This document shows positions 19,839 to 30,670 of a stretch of DNA of 64,000 nucleotides, one piece after another. The stretch is from Alphaproteobacteria bacterium. GTDB lineage: Bacteria; Pseudomonadota; Alphaproteobacteria; MPNO01. The stretch's first letter is position 1; the number at the start of each line of letters is the position of its first letter. The notes beneath the pieces were generated by a model, which was given only the letters and a program-made list of their open reading frames with translations, searched no databases and was not told the origin of the DNA. A program made the translations under genes and the position numbers. Location: positions 704,001-768,000 of the forward strand of contig CBDFLJ010000001.1 in assembly GCA_965248835.1 (NCBI GenBank), in the 5' to 3' direction.

Positions 19839-20896
19839 CCCGGCGGGGTGCGCACGCGCGGCATCGCGACGCCCATCCGGTCGGCGTCCTCCCGCAAACG
19901 GTCCCAGGTCCCCGCGGGCAGAGGAATGCCGTCGCGGCGGCGCTCGGCCAGAACCCGGTCGCCGCGTTCGCCGGGGACCAGGATCTCGTCATGGCCTTCC
20001 GCACGGAGCAAGGTTTTCAAGGCGGCGATCAGCGCATCGACATCCTTGCGGTATCGCGCGGGATCGGAAAACGCCGCGATGTCGATCGCCAGCGCCAGCG
20101 CATTCTGGCTGTGCGCGGTCTCCTTGGCGGGCCCGATCGCGGGTGCGATCAGCGGGTTCCCGACCAGCAGGCCGGTCAGGCACTCGAACATCAAGGACAG
20201 CCCGGCCCCTTTCGGCCCGCCCATCGGCATCGGCAGCACGCCCTGCGCCGGGTCGGTGGTCGGCGTTCCCGACCGGTCGAGCGCCCAGCCGGGCTCGAGC
20301 GCCCGGCCGGAATCGCGCGCGAACATGAGCTTGCCCACCGAGGCGACTGCGGTTGCCATGTCGAGCATCAGCGGCGCGTGGTCCATCCCGGGTGCCGCAA
20401 TCGCGATCGGGCTGGTCGCCACGCCTGCAGCCCGCGCGCCGTGATAGGCCATGTTGGGCCGCGAGGTGCCGATCACCACGCCCAGCATGTCGGCCGCCGC
20501 CGCGCGCAGCGCGTAATGGCCGATCGCCGCCATATGGGTGATCCGGCGGACGAACGCAGCGCCGATCCCGCACGCCCGAGCCTTGTCAATCGCGATGTCC
20601 ATGGCGCGCGTCATGCCGACCGGCCCATAGGCCTGATCGGCATCGATCACCGCCGCCGCCGGCATGTCGGCGACGACCCTAATTTCGGGACGCGGATTAA
20701 ACTCGCCGGTTCGGATCCGGCGCAGATAGCCGGGCACGCGCAGCGCGCCGTGCGAATCCACGCCGCGCAGGTTGGCCCAGACCAGCACCTCGGCAATCAG
20801 CCGCGCATCGTCCCGGCTGGTCCCGGCCGCGACGAAAACGGCGGTGATGAACGCCTCCAGATCGCCGGCATCGACCCGTCGCGCTGCGCCGTCCAT
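19835..20896 (-). CDS. Ldh_2-family oxidoreductase (ureidoglycolate/L-sulfolactate dehydrogenase-like)
   Basis: LRGVDSHG, LDMAT, GGPKGAGL, VPGE. Confidence 0.85.
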   Translation of the reverse strand: MDGAARRVDAGDLEAFITAVFVAAGTSRDDARLIAEVLVWANLRGVDSHGALRVPGYLRRIRTGEFNPRPEIRVVADMPAAAVIDADQAYGPVGMTRAMDIAIDKARACGIGAAFVRRITHMAAIGHYALRAAAADMLGVVIGTSRPNMAYHGARAAGVATSPIAIAAPGMDHAPLMLDMATAVASVGKLMFARDSGRALEPGWALDRSGTPTTDPAQGVLPMPMGGPKGAGLSLMFECLTGLLVGNPLIAPAIGPAKETAHSQNALALAIDIAAFSDPARYRKDVDALIAALKTLLRAEGHDEILVPGERGDRVLAERRRDGIPLPAGTWDRLREDADRMGVAMPRVRTPPG

Positions 20897-20909
20897 CGAG
20901 ACCCGGCGA

Positions 20910-22094
<1,185 letters not shown>

Positions 22095-22892
22095 TCAGCG
22101 CGCGGAAATGCCCTGGGCCTGCACCGCGCAAACCAGCCGCCAGAACGGCTCGGGGTCCTCGACGTGGGCGTTGTGACCGAGCCCCGGCAGGACGACCGCT
22201 TCGGGATCGAAGCCGCGCAGTTGCTCGACCGAGACCATCTGGTCGTGCTCGCCGCAGGACAGCACGATTCGCGCGCGTTGCTTGGCGATCGCGTAAATCT
22301 CCGGCATTTCGATCTCGGCGACAAGACCCGCCCGCATGTCGGCCGCCAGGCGAAACCGGCCGCCGTCCTCGGCGATCCCGCTCTCGGCAAGCGCCGAGCC
22401 GGGCGAGGCCAGCCCGGCCAGCCCCGAGACCTTGAGGAAACGCTCCGCGGCTTCGGCCCTGGTTTCGAACCAGCGCACCGGGGCCTTGATCACCCGCGCG
22501 ATCTGGTCGTGCTCGCCCTCGGCCCAGGCGGCCTTGACGCCCACGGTGACGACGTCGCTCACCGCGACGCCGAACCAGCCGGTCGCCAGCGTGATCCCGA
22601 CCAGCCCGCCCATCGAATGCCCGGCGACGATGACCCGGTCGGCATCGGCGACCAGGGCCGCCATGTCGGCGGCATGCACCGCGATGCCGTAGCGCGCGGC
22701 ATGGTCGGACCGCCCGTGGCCGCGCATGTCGGGGATGATCCAGTGCCCCGGCCAATCCCGCTCCAGATGCTCGCGCAGCCCATCCCAGACCGCGCCGGTG
22801 CCGGCCAGACCGTGGCACAGCAGCAGCGTCGGGCTTCCCGCGCCGCCCTCTTCGACATGAAGCGCGATGCCGCCCACGCGCCGCCGGCTCAT
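22095..22892 (-). CDS. Alpha/beta fold hydrolase
   Basis: LLCHG, DMRGHG, GHSMGG, GHNAHVE; 4-nt overlap with the upstream gene. Confidence 0.85.
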   Translation of the reverse strand: MSRRRVGGIALHVEEGGAGSPTLLLCHGLAGTGAVWDGLREHLERDWPGHWIIPDMRGHGRSDHAARYGIAVHAADMAALVADADRVIVAGHSMGGLVGITLATGWFGVAVSDVVTVGVKAAWAEGEHDQIARVIKAPVRWFETRAEAAERFLKVSGLAGLASPGSALAESGIAEDGGRFRLAADMRAGLVAEIEMPEIYAIAKQRARIVLSCGEHDQMVSVEQLRGFDPEAVVLPGLGHNAHVEDPEPFWRLVCAVQAQGISAR

Positions 22893-23746
22893 CGGCCCTT
22901 GAACGCCGGCTTGCGCTTCTCGCGAAACGCGGCATTGCCTTCCTTTGCGTCCTCGGTGGTGATCAGCACCGACTGGCCGAGCCGCTCGATCAGTCGGCCG
23001 GTCTCGGTATCGACGTTCTGGCAGGCATTGATGACGTGCTTGGCCATGCCCAGGGCGAGCGGGGCGCGCTCGGCGAGCACGCGCGCGAAGGCCAGCGTGC
23101 CCGCGCGCAGTTCGGCGGCCGGATAGACCCGGTTGACCAGCCCGATCCGGTGGCCTTCCTCGGCGGAGACCGGCTGGGCGGTCATCATCAGCTCCTTGAC
23201 CCGGCCGATGCCGATCATCTGGATCATCCGCGAGGCCGCGCCGGAAGCCGGGATGACGCCGATATTGTTCTCGGTCAGCACGAAATCCGCGTTCCGGGCG
23301 GCGATCCGAAAATCGCAGCTCGCCGCGATCTCGACCCCGCCGCCGGCGCAGACGCCGTTCACCATTGCGATCACCGGCTTCTCCAGCGCCTCCAGATCGT
23401 CGAGCATCTCGTGGTTGGCCCGCACATAGGCCCGGTACTGCGGCGAGGGCAAGGCGTTCTCGTAGGCGAGGCCGTGGATGTCCCGGCCCGAGCAAAACCC
23501 GCGCCCGGCACCGGTGATGATCAGGACGCGGACCGCCTCGTCGAAGGCGACATCCCACAGCACCTGGCGGATCTCGCGGATCATCTGCTCGTCGAACGCG
23601 TTCAGACGCTCGGGCCGGTCGAGCGTCAGGAGCGCGATCCCGGGTTCGGGCACCTCATAGCGCACCGTCGCGCTTTCGTCGGACCGGTCCAGGAACCCGG
23701 CCGGTCTGCCTTCGGGGGTAAGCCTGACAGTCGGTGCCTTCATCAT
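22889..23746 (-). CDS. Enoyl-CoA hydratase/isomerase family protein
   Basis: LDRPERLNA, GFCSGRD, GGGVE...CDFR, AFREKRKPAFKG. Confidence 0.9.
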   Translation of the reverse strand: MMKAPTVRLTPEGRPAGFLDRSDESATVRYEVPEPGIALLTLDRPERLNAFDEQMIREIRQVLWDVAFDEAVRVLIITGAGRGFCSGRDIHGLAYENALPSPQYRAYVRANHEMLDDLEALEKPVIAMVNGVCAGGGVEIAASCDFRIAARNADFVLTENNIGVIPASGAASRMIQMIGIGRVKELMMTAQPVSAEEGHRIGLVNRVYPAAELRAGTLAFARVLAERAPLALGMAKHVINACQNVDTETGRLIERLGQSVLITTEDAKEGNAAFREKRKPAFKGR

Positions 23747-23908
23747 CCCTCGCGCGCGGCTCGACGGCGGTCATTGTGCGGTTTATCGCCGAGCGAGAGC
23801 AATCCGCCCGGCGGCCTTTTCTTTTGACGCTCATCGGGATATGAGAGCCCATCGCATGCGGCGGCGGACGGGGCGCGACCCCGGGGGCAGGAGGAACGGA
23901 CAACCAGG

Positions 23909-24844
23909 ATGGCGATCGGTGGGATCGGTCCGGTCTGTGTGCGCGCGATGCTGGTCGTTGTGCTGTGCGCGCCGTTGTTCGCGGGTTGCGGCGAAAGTCC
24001 GAGCGAGATCCTCGCCCGCGAAAAGCTGCGCGTGGGCGCAAAGATCACCGGGCTGGGCGGGATGATCGACGCCGGCAGGCTGCCCAACACCCGGATCATC
24101 AAGACATATGCCGGCGTGATCGGCGCCGAACGGCCGCAGCTTGCCAAGCTGGTGGGCGAGCTGCGCAAGGAGGCGACGACCCAGGGCCTCAACTTCACCA
24201 ACCTCGGCACCAGGCTCAAGGCGGTCAAAGCCACGCCGCGCGGCAAGCAGGAGACCGACCGGGCGCTCGATGCGATCGTCCGCATCGAAGCCGCCGCCGA
24301 TCCGGTGGTGTTCAACGACTCCCTGGTCGATGTGCTCAACGTGCTGGCCGATCTGTCCGGCGGCAAGCTCGCCCGTATGGAGGGGGCCGCGCGCGAGAGG
24401 CCGGCCGCTCAAGGGGCCGGCAGCCATCTGGTAGGCAACCCGACCTATGGACGTTGGCAGCGCGACAACACCGGGCGCAGCTTCTGGGAATGGTACGGCG
24501 CCTACGCGCTGTTTCGCGATGTTTTCTGGCGGCCGGGGCGGTACCACTACAACGACTGGTACCCGCGCCGCGGCTGGAGCTATTACGGCGATGTCGGCCG
24601 CAACTATTACGGCACCCGGACCGACCAGCGCCGTTGGGGCGAGGCGACGCGGCGCCACCCCAACGTGCCGCGCAAGACCTACCGCAACCTGCGCAGCGAG
24701 CGGCGGCTTTCGACCTACGGCCGCTCCGATACCCGCACCGCCGCGAAGACCACGCGCCGCGCCTCGTCCTATTCGGGCTATGGCTCGTCGGTGCGCGGCA
24801 CCAGCTCCGGCGGGTCGCGCTTCGGCGGGCGGCGCGGCAAATGA
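23909..24844 (+). CDS. Putative lipoprotein with aromatic-rich and G/S/R-rich tail (DUF350/polyamine operon partner)
   Basis: Hydrophobic stretch with lipobox FAG-C; LVGNPTYGRW...SFWEWYG; low-complexity tail SSGGSRFGGRRGK. Start may be ATG 23948. Confidence 0.75.
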   Translation: MAIGGIGPVCVRAMLVVVLCAPLFAGCGESPSEILAREKLRVGAKITGLGGMIDAGRLPNTRIIKTYAGVIGAERPQLAKLVGELRKEATTQGLNFTNLGTRLKAVKATPRGKQETDRALDAIVRIEAAADPVVFNDSLVDVLNVLADLSGGKLARMEGAARERPAAQGAGSHLVGNPTYGRWQRDNTGRSFWEWYGAYALFRDVFWRPGRYHYNDWYPRRGWSYYGDVGRNYYGTRTDQRRWGEATRRHPNVPRKTYRNLRSERRLSTYGRSDTRTAAKTTRRASSYSGYGSSVRGTSSGGSRFGGRRGK

Positions 24845-24867
24845 TCCGATGAGGGGAGCGTCCTGAC

Positions 24868-25761
24868 ATGGTGAGCGCCGATTTCTCCGGGCCGACGCTG
24901 GTCATGCTGGCCTTGGGGGTGGTGATCGTCTTCGCGGTCCTGTTCAGCGTGCGGCTGCTCTATGGCGCGGCCGCCGGGCTCGATACCACCAGCGAGCTTG
25001 CCGGCAAGGACAATTTCGCCTTTGGCATCGGCCTTGCCGGGATGACGCTGGGCGTGGCGATCATGCTGACCGGGGTTGCCGAGGGCGGATATGCCGCCAG
25101 CATCGGCGAGGAAGTCTCGGCCCTGGTCATCTACGCCGCACTCGGGCTGGTGTTGATGTGGCTGACCCGGTTGATCTTCGACCGCGTGTCGATTCCCGCG
25201 TTCTCGGTCAAGGCCGAGATCCAGAACGGCAACGTCCCGATCGCGATCGTCGAAGCGGGCAACGTGCTGGCAACCGCGGTGATGGTCAGTGCCGTCATGC
25301 GGTGGTCCGAAGGATCGCTCGCCGCGGCCCTGACCGCGGTCTTGGCGGGCTATGTGGTCACCCAGGTGATCCTCACCGCCACCACCTATTACCGGGTCTG
25401 GCTGTTCGGGTTGCGCAACGCCGGCAAGCGGTTCCAGAACGTCGTCCAGGAGGGCAATACCGCACTGGCGCTCCGGTTCGCCGGCTTCCAGATGGGGGTG
25501 GCGCTGGCGGTGACCGCCGCGGCCCAGGTCGTCGTCTATGACCCGGCCGGCGATCCGATCGTCCAGGCGCTGATCTGGGGGGCGTGCTCTTTGGTCCTGG
25601 CTGCGGTCCTGATCGTGCTCAGCCTGCTCGCAGAGCGCTTCGTGCTGCGCAGCATCGACGTGTCCGAAGAGGTCGACCGCCAGAGCAATATCGGCGTCGC
25701 GCTGACCGAGGTCGCGGTCTATGCCGGGATCGGGCTGGTGTTCAACGGGCTGCTGGCCTGA
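24868..25761 (+). CDS. DUF350 (UPF0719) multi-pass membrane protein
   Basis: Four repeats of hairpin-TM units with N-x-x-x-[GA] motifs (KDNFAFG, NGNVPIA, EGNTALA, QSNIGVA). Confidence 0.8.
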   Translation: MVSADFSGPTLVMLALGVVIVFAVLFSVRLLYGAAAGLDTTSELAGKDNFAFGIGLAGMTLGVAIMLTGVAEGGYAASIGEEVSALVIYAALGLVLMWLTRLIFDRVSIPAFSVKAEIQNGNVPIAIVEAGNVLATAVMVSAVMRWSEGSLAAALTAVLAGYVVTQVILTATTYYRVWLFGLRNAGKRFQNVVQEGNTALALRFAGFQMGVALAVTAAAQVVVYDPAGDPIVQALIWGACSLVLAAVLIVLSLLAERFVLRSIDVSEEVDRQSNIGVALTEVAVYAGIGLVFNGLLA

Positions 25762-25784
25762 GCGCGCGCACCACCCGGGCGGCC

Positions 25785-27491
25785 GTGCGCAGCGCGGTCT
25801 TCGACGACATCGCGGTGATCGTGATGACCGGCGTTCTCGCCGGCTGCGGCCTGATCTACGAATACCTCCTGGCCAGCACCGCCGGGCGCATGCTGGGGGC
25901 GGTCGAAACGGTAATCTTCGCGATGATCGGGGTGATGATCGTCGCGATGGGGATCGGTGCGTTCCTGGCGCGGTTCGTGCCCGCGCCGTTCACCGGCTTC
26001 GCCTGGCTGGAGGCGATCATCGCGGTCTTCGGCGGCGCCTCGGTCCTGCTGCTGGGCGCGGTCACCGCCGCGGTCATCCTGCTGCCGCAGGCAATCGCGG
26101 CGACCTACGGCATGCCGCCCGACCTGGTCCCGCGCGGGTCCCTGGTCACGGTGCTGGATGCGGCAGCCGATATCGCGCCCTACGTCCTCGGAGCGCTGCT
26201 CGGCATCATGGTCGGCATGGAGATCCCGCTGCTCGCGCGGATCCGCCAGAGCTTCCACGCCGATGCGCTGATCCACAACACCGGCACGATCTACGGCGCG
26301 GATTATATCGGCGCCGGGATCGGGGCGGCGCTTTGGGTGGCGGTGATGCTGTCGATGGAGCCGGTGCGCGCGGCCTACCTCACCGCCGGCGTCAACCTCG
26401 TCGTCGGCGTCGGCTTTCTCGTCATCTACCGGCGGCGGGTCCGCCGGTTCGCGCTGGTGCTGCTGCTCCATGCGCTGGCCGGGGTGGGGCTGCTGGCGGT
26501 CGCCCAGGGCGGCACCGACTGGGCGCGGGCGATGGAGGACCTGCTCTACCGGGACACGGTGGTCTATTCCACCAACACCGGGCACCAGCGGATCGCGCTC
26601 ACCCGACGGGTGGTCCATGCCGGTACGCCGCCGGTCTGGAGCCTCTACCTCAACGGCCGGTTGCAGTTCGACTCCTCGGACGAGCACGTCTACCACGCCA
26701 TGCTGACCTATCCGGCGCTCGCCGCGGCGGCCCGGCGGCAGCGCATCCTGGTGATCGGCGGCGGCGACGGGCTTGCGGTGCGCGACATCCTGCGCTGGAA
26801 CCCGCGCGCGGTCGTCGTCCTCGACCTCGATCCCGACCTGGTCGACCTGTTCACCCGCCCGCGCTTCGTCGAAGGCGTATTCGTCAACCGCGCGCTGCTT
26901 GCGCTCAACGGCTTCGCCTTCCGCGATCCACGGGTCAGCGTCCGCTTCGGCGATGCCTTCATCGGCGTCGACGCCCTGCTGCGCGACGGCGAGAAATTCG
27001 ATTCGGTGATCGTCGATCTTCCCGATCCCAGCCACCCCGACCTCGCCCGGCTCTACAGCGTGCGCTTTTATCGGAAGCTCGGCCTGCTGCTGGCCGCCGA
27101 CGGGACGATGGCAATCCAGTCGACCTCGCCCTACTTCGCGCGCGCGGCCTTCCTCAGCATCGGCCGGACGGTCGAGGAAGCCGGCTTCGGCCAGGTCGAC
27201 CAGTATGGCCACAATGTCCCCAGCCTCGGCCAGTGGGGCTGGACGGTGGCAACCCGCCGGGGTCCGTCGGCGCGCGAACGGCTGCGCCGGCTCGATTCTC
27301 TTCCGGTCGATGACGGTTTCACCACCCGCGCGCTGCTGCTCGGGGCGTTCGCGTTTCCCAAGGGCTTTTTCGACGGAAGGGCGGACATCGCGCCGAGCCG
27401 GCTGGCCGATGCCGCGGTCTACCGCTATTACCGGCAAGGCTGGGAGCAGGCGACGGGCCTTTCCGCCGCGCCCGGCAAACAGAGGCCTTGA
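25785..27491 (+). CDS. speE: Membrane-bound polyamine aminopropyltransferase (spermidine synthase-like)
   Basis: N-terminal TM domain (CGLIYE, GMEIPL, DYIGA); C-terminal LNGRLQF, YH, IGGGDG, VDLPDP, QSTSP. Start codon uncertain. Confidence 0.85.
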   Translation: MRSAVFDDIAVIVMTGVLAGCGLIYEYLLASTAGRMLGAVETVIFAMIGVMIVAMGIGAFLARFVPAPFTGFAWLEAIIAVFGGASVLLLGAVTAAVILLPQAIAATYGMPPDLVPRGSLVTVLDAAADIAPYVLGALLGIMVGMEIPLLARIRQSFHADALIHNTGTIYGADYIGAGIGAALWVAVMLSMEPVRAAYLTAGVNLVVGVGFLVIYRRRVRRFALVLLLHALAGVGLLAVAQGGTDWARAMEDLLYRDTVVYSTNTGHQRIALTRRVVHAGTPPVWSLYLNGRLQFDSSDEHVYHAMLTYPALAAAARRQRILVIGGGDGLAVRDILRWNPRAVVVLDLDPDLVDLFTRPRFVEGVFVNRALLALNGFAFRDPRVSVRFGDAFIGVDALLRDGEKFDSVIVDLPDPSHPDLARLYSVRFYRKLGLLLAADGTMAIQSTSPYFARAAFLSIGRTVEEAGFGQVDQYGHNVPSLGQWGWTVATRRGPSARERLRRLDSLPVDDGFTTRALLLGAFAFPKGFFDGRADIAPSRLADAAVYRYYRQGWEQATGLSAAPGKQRP

Positions 27492-27514
27492 AACCGCGCG
27501 CGGACGCCCCATAT
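27487..27514 (+). promoter_or_regulatory. Sigma32 (RpoH)-type promoter
   Basis: CTTGAA (27487-27492) - 14 nt - CCCCATAT (27507-27514), matching the sigma32 consensus CTTGAA-N13-15-CCCCATnT. Confidence 0.7.
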
Positions 27515-27515
27515 T

Positions 27516-27540
27516 GTGACAAGTCACGAGTGACAGTCAC
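27516..27540. promoter_or_regulatory. Tandem palindromic operator candidate
   Basis: GTGAC-AA-GTCAC-GA-GTGAC-A-GTCAC: four alternating half-sites between the -10 element and the RBS. Confidence 0.7.
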
Positions 27541-27555
27541 GAAACGGAGGCTCTT

Positions 27556-28173
27556 TTGGCCGATGGACCGGCACGAAAGCCGCTCAGCCCCGCCGCCCGC
27601 AAACGCCGCCAGCGTGAGCGTCTGCAGGCCGCCGGGCTCGCCGCGGTCGAGGTCTGGGTGCCGCCGGAGCATCGCGGCGTCGTGCGCCGTTTCGAACGGT
27701 TGCTGCGGCTGGGCATCGTCCCGCCGATGCCGACCGTCCGCGACATTGACCCCAAAGGAGACCGGACCATGGATCTGAACCTGCTGCGTGAAACGCTGGA
27801 CGAGTACACATCGGAGAACGGTTACACGTTCCAGACCAGCACGCCGGATGGCGAGGCCGGCCTGGAGGTCATCGTCGAGGATCGCGACGAATTCCCGATC
27901 CTGCTGTCGGCCGATGAAGAGCAGACGCTGTGCCTGACCTATCTGTGGGACGAGGCCCAGGTGAAGCCCGAAAAGCGCACCGAACTCTTGACCACCTTGC
28001 TGGAGATGAACGTGCCGCTGCCGCTGTCGTCCTTCGGCAAGGTCGCCGACCGCTACGTGATCTTCGGTGCGCTGGCCGCGACCGCTTCGACCGAGGACCT
28101 GGTGACCGAGATCGAGACCCTGAGCGACAACACCCTCGAGGCGCTCGAGGTCGTCGCCCCTTACCTGAACTAG
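27556..28173 (+). CDS. yjfI: YjfI (DUF2170, CesT/T3SS-chaperone-like) protein with N-terminal basic putative DNA-binding module; second in-frame start at 27769
   Basis: LLEMNVPLPLSSFG...YVIFGAL...IETLSDN motif. TTG 27556 has GGAGG upstream; ATG 27769 has AAGGAG upstream. Confidence 0.85.
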   Translation: MADGPARKPLSPAARKRRQRERLQAAGLAAVEVWVPPEHRGVVRRFERLLRLGIVPPMPTVRDIDPKGDRTMDLNLLRETLDEYTSENGYTFQTSTPDGEAGLEVIVEDRDEFPILLSADEEQTLCLTYLWDEAQVKPEKRTELLTTLLEMNVPLPLSSFGKVADRYVIFGALAATASTEDLVTEIETLSDNTLEALEVVAPYLN

Positions 28174-28195
28174 CCCAAAGCGTGGAGGAAGAACG

Positions 28196-28888
28196 ATGGC
28201 GATTTTGGCAAAGCTTTTCACCGCGATGCGCGGTGCGGCGACCGAGACCGGCGAAGCGGTCGTCGACCACCAGGCGCTGCGGATTCTGGATCAGGAAATG
28301 CGCGACGCGGACAAGGAGCTGGGCGAGGCGAAATCCCAGCTCACCGAGGTGATGGCCCAGAAGCGCGGCGTCGAGCGCGAGGTCGAGAAGCTGCGCGGCC
28401 AGATCTCCGAGCACGAGGACTACGCGATGAAGGCGCTGGATAAGGGCGATGAGAGCCTGGCCGGTGACGTCGCCGAGCGCATCGCCCAGTTCGAGGAGGA
28501 GCTCAACCTGCAGGAGCAGGCGCTCGCCCAGTACGATGCCGGGGTCAACCAGCTCAAGCGCAGCATCAAGGCGACCGAGCGCAACATCGCCGCGATGCGC
28601 CGCCAGGTCAGCATGGTCAAGGCGACCGAGCGGGTCCAGAAGGCGAGCGCGGCCGCCGGCGCACGGTTCTCCGGCAGCAACACCGCGATCTCCTCGGCCA
28701 CCGAGTCGCTGGAGCGCATCAAGAAGCGCCAGCAGCACCGCTCCGATCGCATGGAGGCGGCCAGCCAGCTCACCGCCGACACCGAGGGCGCGGACCTCGA
28801 CAAGCGGCTGCGCGATGCCGGGATCGTCAGTGCCGGCAAGTCGGGCGCCGAGGCGCTCGCGCGGATCCGCGCCAAGCGGGGCGGATGA
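28196..28888 (+). CDS. pspA: PspA/IM30 family protein (YjfJ-like)
   Basis: N-terminal amphipathic helix MAILAKLFTAMRG, LDQEMRDA, long coiled coil, LDKRLRDAGI; GGAGG RBS. Confidence 0.9.
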   Translation: MAILAKLFTAMRGAATETGEAVVDHQALRILDQEMRDADKELGEAKSQLTEVMAQKRGVEREVEKLRGQISEHEDYAMKALDKGDESLAGDVAERIAQFEEELNLQEQALAQYDAGVNQLKRSIKATERNIAAMRRQVSMVKATERVQKASAAAGARFSGSNTAISSATESLERIKKRQQHRSDRMEAASQLTADTEGADLDKRLRDAGIVSAGKSGAEALARIRAKRGG

Positions 28889-29514
28889 TGTTCGGCCGGC
28901 TTTTCGGCGGGCGCGGCAAGGACGCGCCCGCGCCCGCCGCAAGCCATGCCTGCGACCTTGGCCCGGGCGGCTTCCTCAAGCTCGGTTTCGTCGCACCGGA
29001 GGGGCTCGCGCAAGCCGACCTCCAGGTCACCGGCGTCCATGCGGTGGACCTGGGCAGCGCGGTCCGCCGGGTGCTTGCGGTCGAAGCGATGACGCTCGGC
29101 CGTCTGGAGATGTGGCGCGGCGAGCGCGGCACCATCGCGCTTGCCAGACCGGTCGCGCGGCCGGATGTCGAGCGGCTGTTCGACCTCGATGCCTTCGCCC
29201 GGTTGTTCGACCCCGACGAGCCGGCGAACCTGGTGCTCGAGCGCATCGCCGAGCCCGCCGGCTTCGAGGGCTGGACCGCGCCGACCTACCGCCAGGAGGC
29301 CGCCCAGGAGGCCTATCTTCACGACGCCGACCCGGCGGCGGCCGCGATCGGCGCAACGCTCGAAGACGATGTCCGCACGTTCGATTTCTACCGGCTGGTC
29401 TCGGATCGGCGCGGCCACGCGCTGGAGGCCTGCGTCCATGACGGCGGGCGGACCGACGTGGCGCTGGTGGCGCTGTTGCCGGAGACGGTGGTCGAGGAGG
29501 TCTGGTCGGGCTAG
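28885..29514 (+). CDS. YjfK/DUF2491-like protein
   Basis: Amphipathic MFGRLFG start; VHAVDLG, FARLFD, GWTAPTYRQ; position directly after pspA as in yjfIJK. Confidence 0.65.
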   Translation: MMFGRLFGGRGKDAPAPAASHACDLGPGGFLKLGFVAPEGLAQADLQVTGVHAVDLGSAVRRVLAVEAMTLGRLEMWRGERGTIALARPVARPDVERLFDLDAFARLFDPDEPANLVLERIAEPAGFEGWTAPTYRQEAAQEAYLHDADPAAAAIGATLEDDVRTFDFYRLVSDRRGHALEACVHDGGRTDVALVALLPETVVEEVWSG

Positions 29515-29548
29515 AGTCCGGTCCCGACAAGCTGAACCGGCCGGCACG

Positions 29549-30670
29549 GTGTTCGGAGTCCTACTCCGCGTCTTCCGCCGCCGATTGGCGGCCTCGCGCG
29601 GCTCGGATCTCGTCCGGGCGCGGCGCAACCTGCGCGCGCTGGGCCTTTACCTGGCTGCGGTCGGCGTCCTTCACGTCGTGGCGATGATGGTCTTCGAGGG
29701 GTTGAGCCTGGGCGAGGCCGCGTGGCTGACCGCGACCACGGCGACGACCGTCGGCTACGGCGATGCGGCCGCGGCCACCGAAGGGGGGCGCTGGTCGACG
29801 GTAATCCTGATCTATCTCGGCGGGATCTTCGCGCTCGGCAAGGGAGCCGGCGACTATTTCGACTACCGGGCGAGCCGGCGGGCGCTCAAGGAGCGCGGCC
29901 AATGGAGGTGGAACTTGCAGGATCATGTCCTGTTCATCAACGCGCCCTCCGCGGGTGCGGAGACCTATTTCGAGACCCTGCTGCGGCAGTTCCGCGCGAC
30001 CGGCTGGGGTGAGGACCGCGCGGTGCTGATTCTCTCCCCGGCCTGGCCGACAGGCCTGCCGGCGAGCCTGAGCGCGCTGGGGGTGGTTCATGTCGACGGC
30101 CGCGCCGAGACCACGGGCAGGCTGGATGCGGCCGATGCCCGCAGCGCCGCCGCGGTGGTGATCCTGGCCGCCGACGAGAAGGACCCGATCTCCGACGGGG
30201 TCGGCTTCGACATCGTCCACCGCCTGGTCGAGATGGGCGTGCGGGGCCCGATCATCGCCGAATGCGTCGACGATTTGAACCGCGAGCGGTTGCGCAGCGC
30301 CGGCGCCAACACGGTGACCCGGCCGATGCGCGGCTATCCGGAGATGATGGTCCGTGCGCTGGTCGCGCCGGGCTCGGAAGCGATCATCGAGAACCTGTTC
30401 ACCCGCCATGGCGATGAATGTGTCCGCTACGAGATCCCGGTCGCGGGCGTCACCTGGGGCGGGCTGGCGATTGCGCTGCTGCTCGACGGCGCCGGGACGG
30501 CGATCGGCTATGCCCGCGCAGGCGACGGCGCCATCGTGACCAACCCGCTGCCCGAGGAACAGGTCGACGCCTCGGCGCTTTATGTGATCGTCAAGGAAAA
30601 GCACGAGCGGTCCGTTGAGACCATCGCGCGCCTGGTCGCCGCCGCGGTCTCGGCACGGGCCGCCTCGTGA
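29549..30670 (+). CDS. 2-TM potassium channel with RCK/TrkA-N domain
   Basis: Selectivity filter TATTVGYGD flanked by two TM helices, then a Rossmann-like RCK domain. Confidence 0.9.
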   Translation: MFGVLLRVFRRRLAASRGSDLVRARRNLRALGLYLAAVGVLHVVAMMVFEGLSLGEAAWLTATTATTVGYGDAAAATEGGRWSTVILIYLGGIFALGKGAGDYFDYRASRRALKERGQWRWNLQDHVLFINAPSAGAETYFETLLRQFRATGWGEDRAVLILSPAWPTGLPASLSALGVVHVDGRAETTGRLDAADARSAAAVVILAADEKDPISDGVGFDIVHRLVEMGVRGPIIAECVDDLNRERLRSAGANTVTRPMRGYPEMMVRALVAPGSEAIIENLFTRHGDECVRYEIPVAGVTWGGLAIALLLDGAGTAIGYARAGDGAIVTNPLPEEQVDASALYVIVKEKHERSVETIARLVAAAVSARAAS

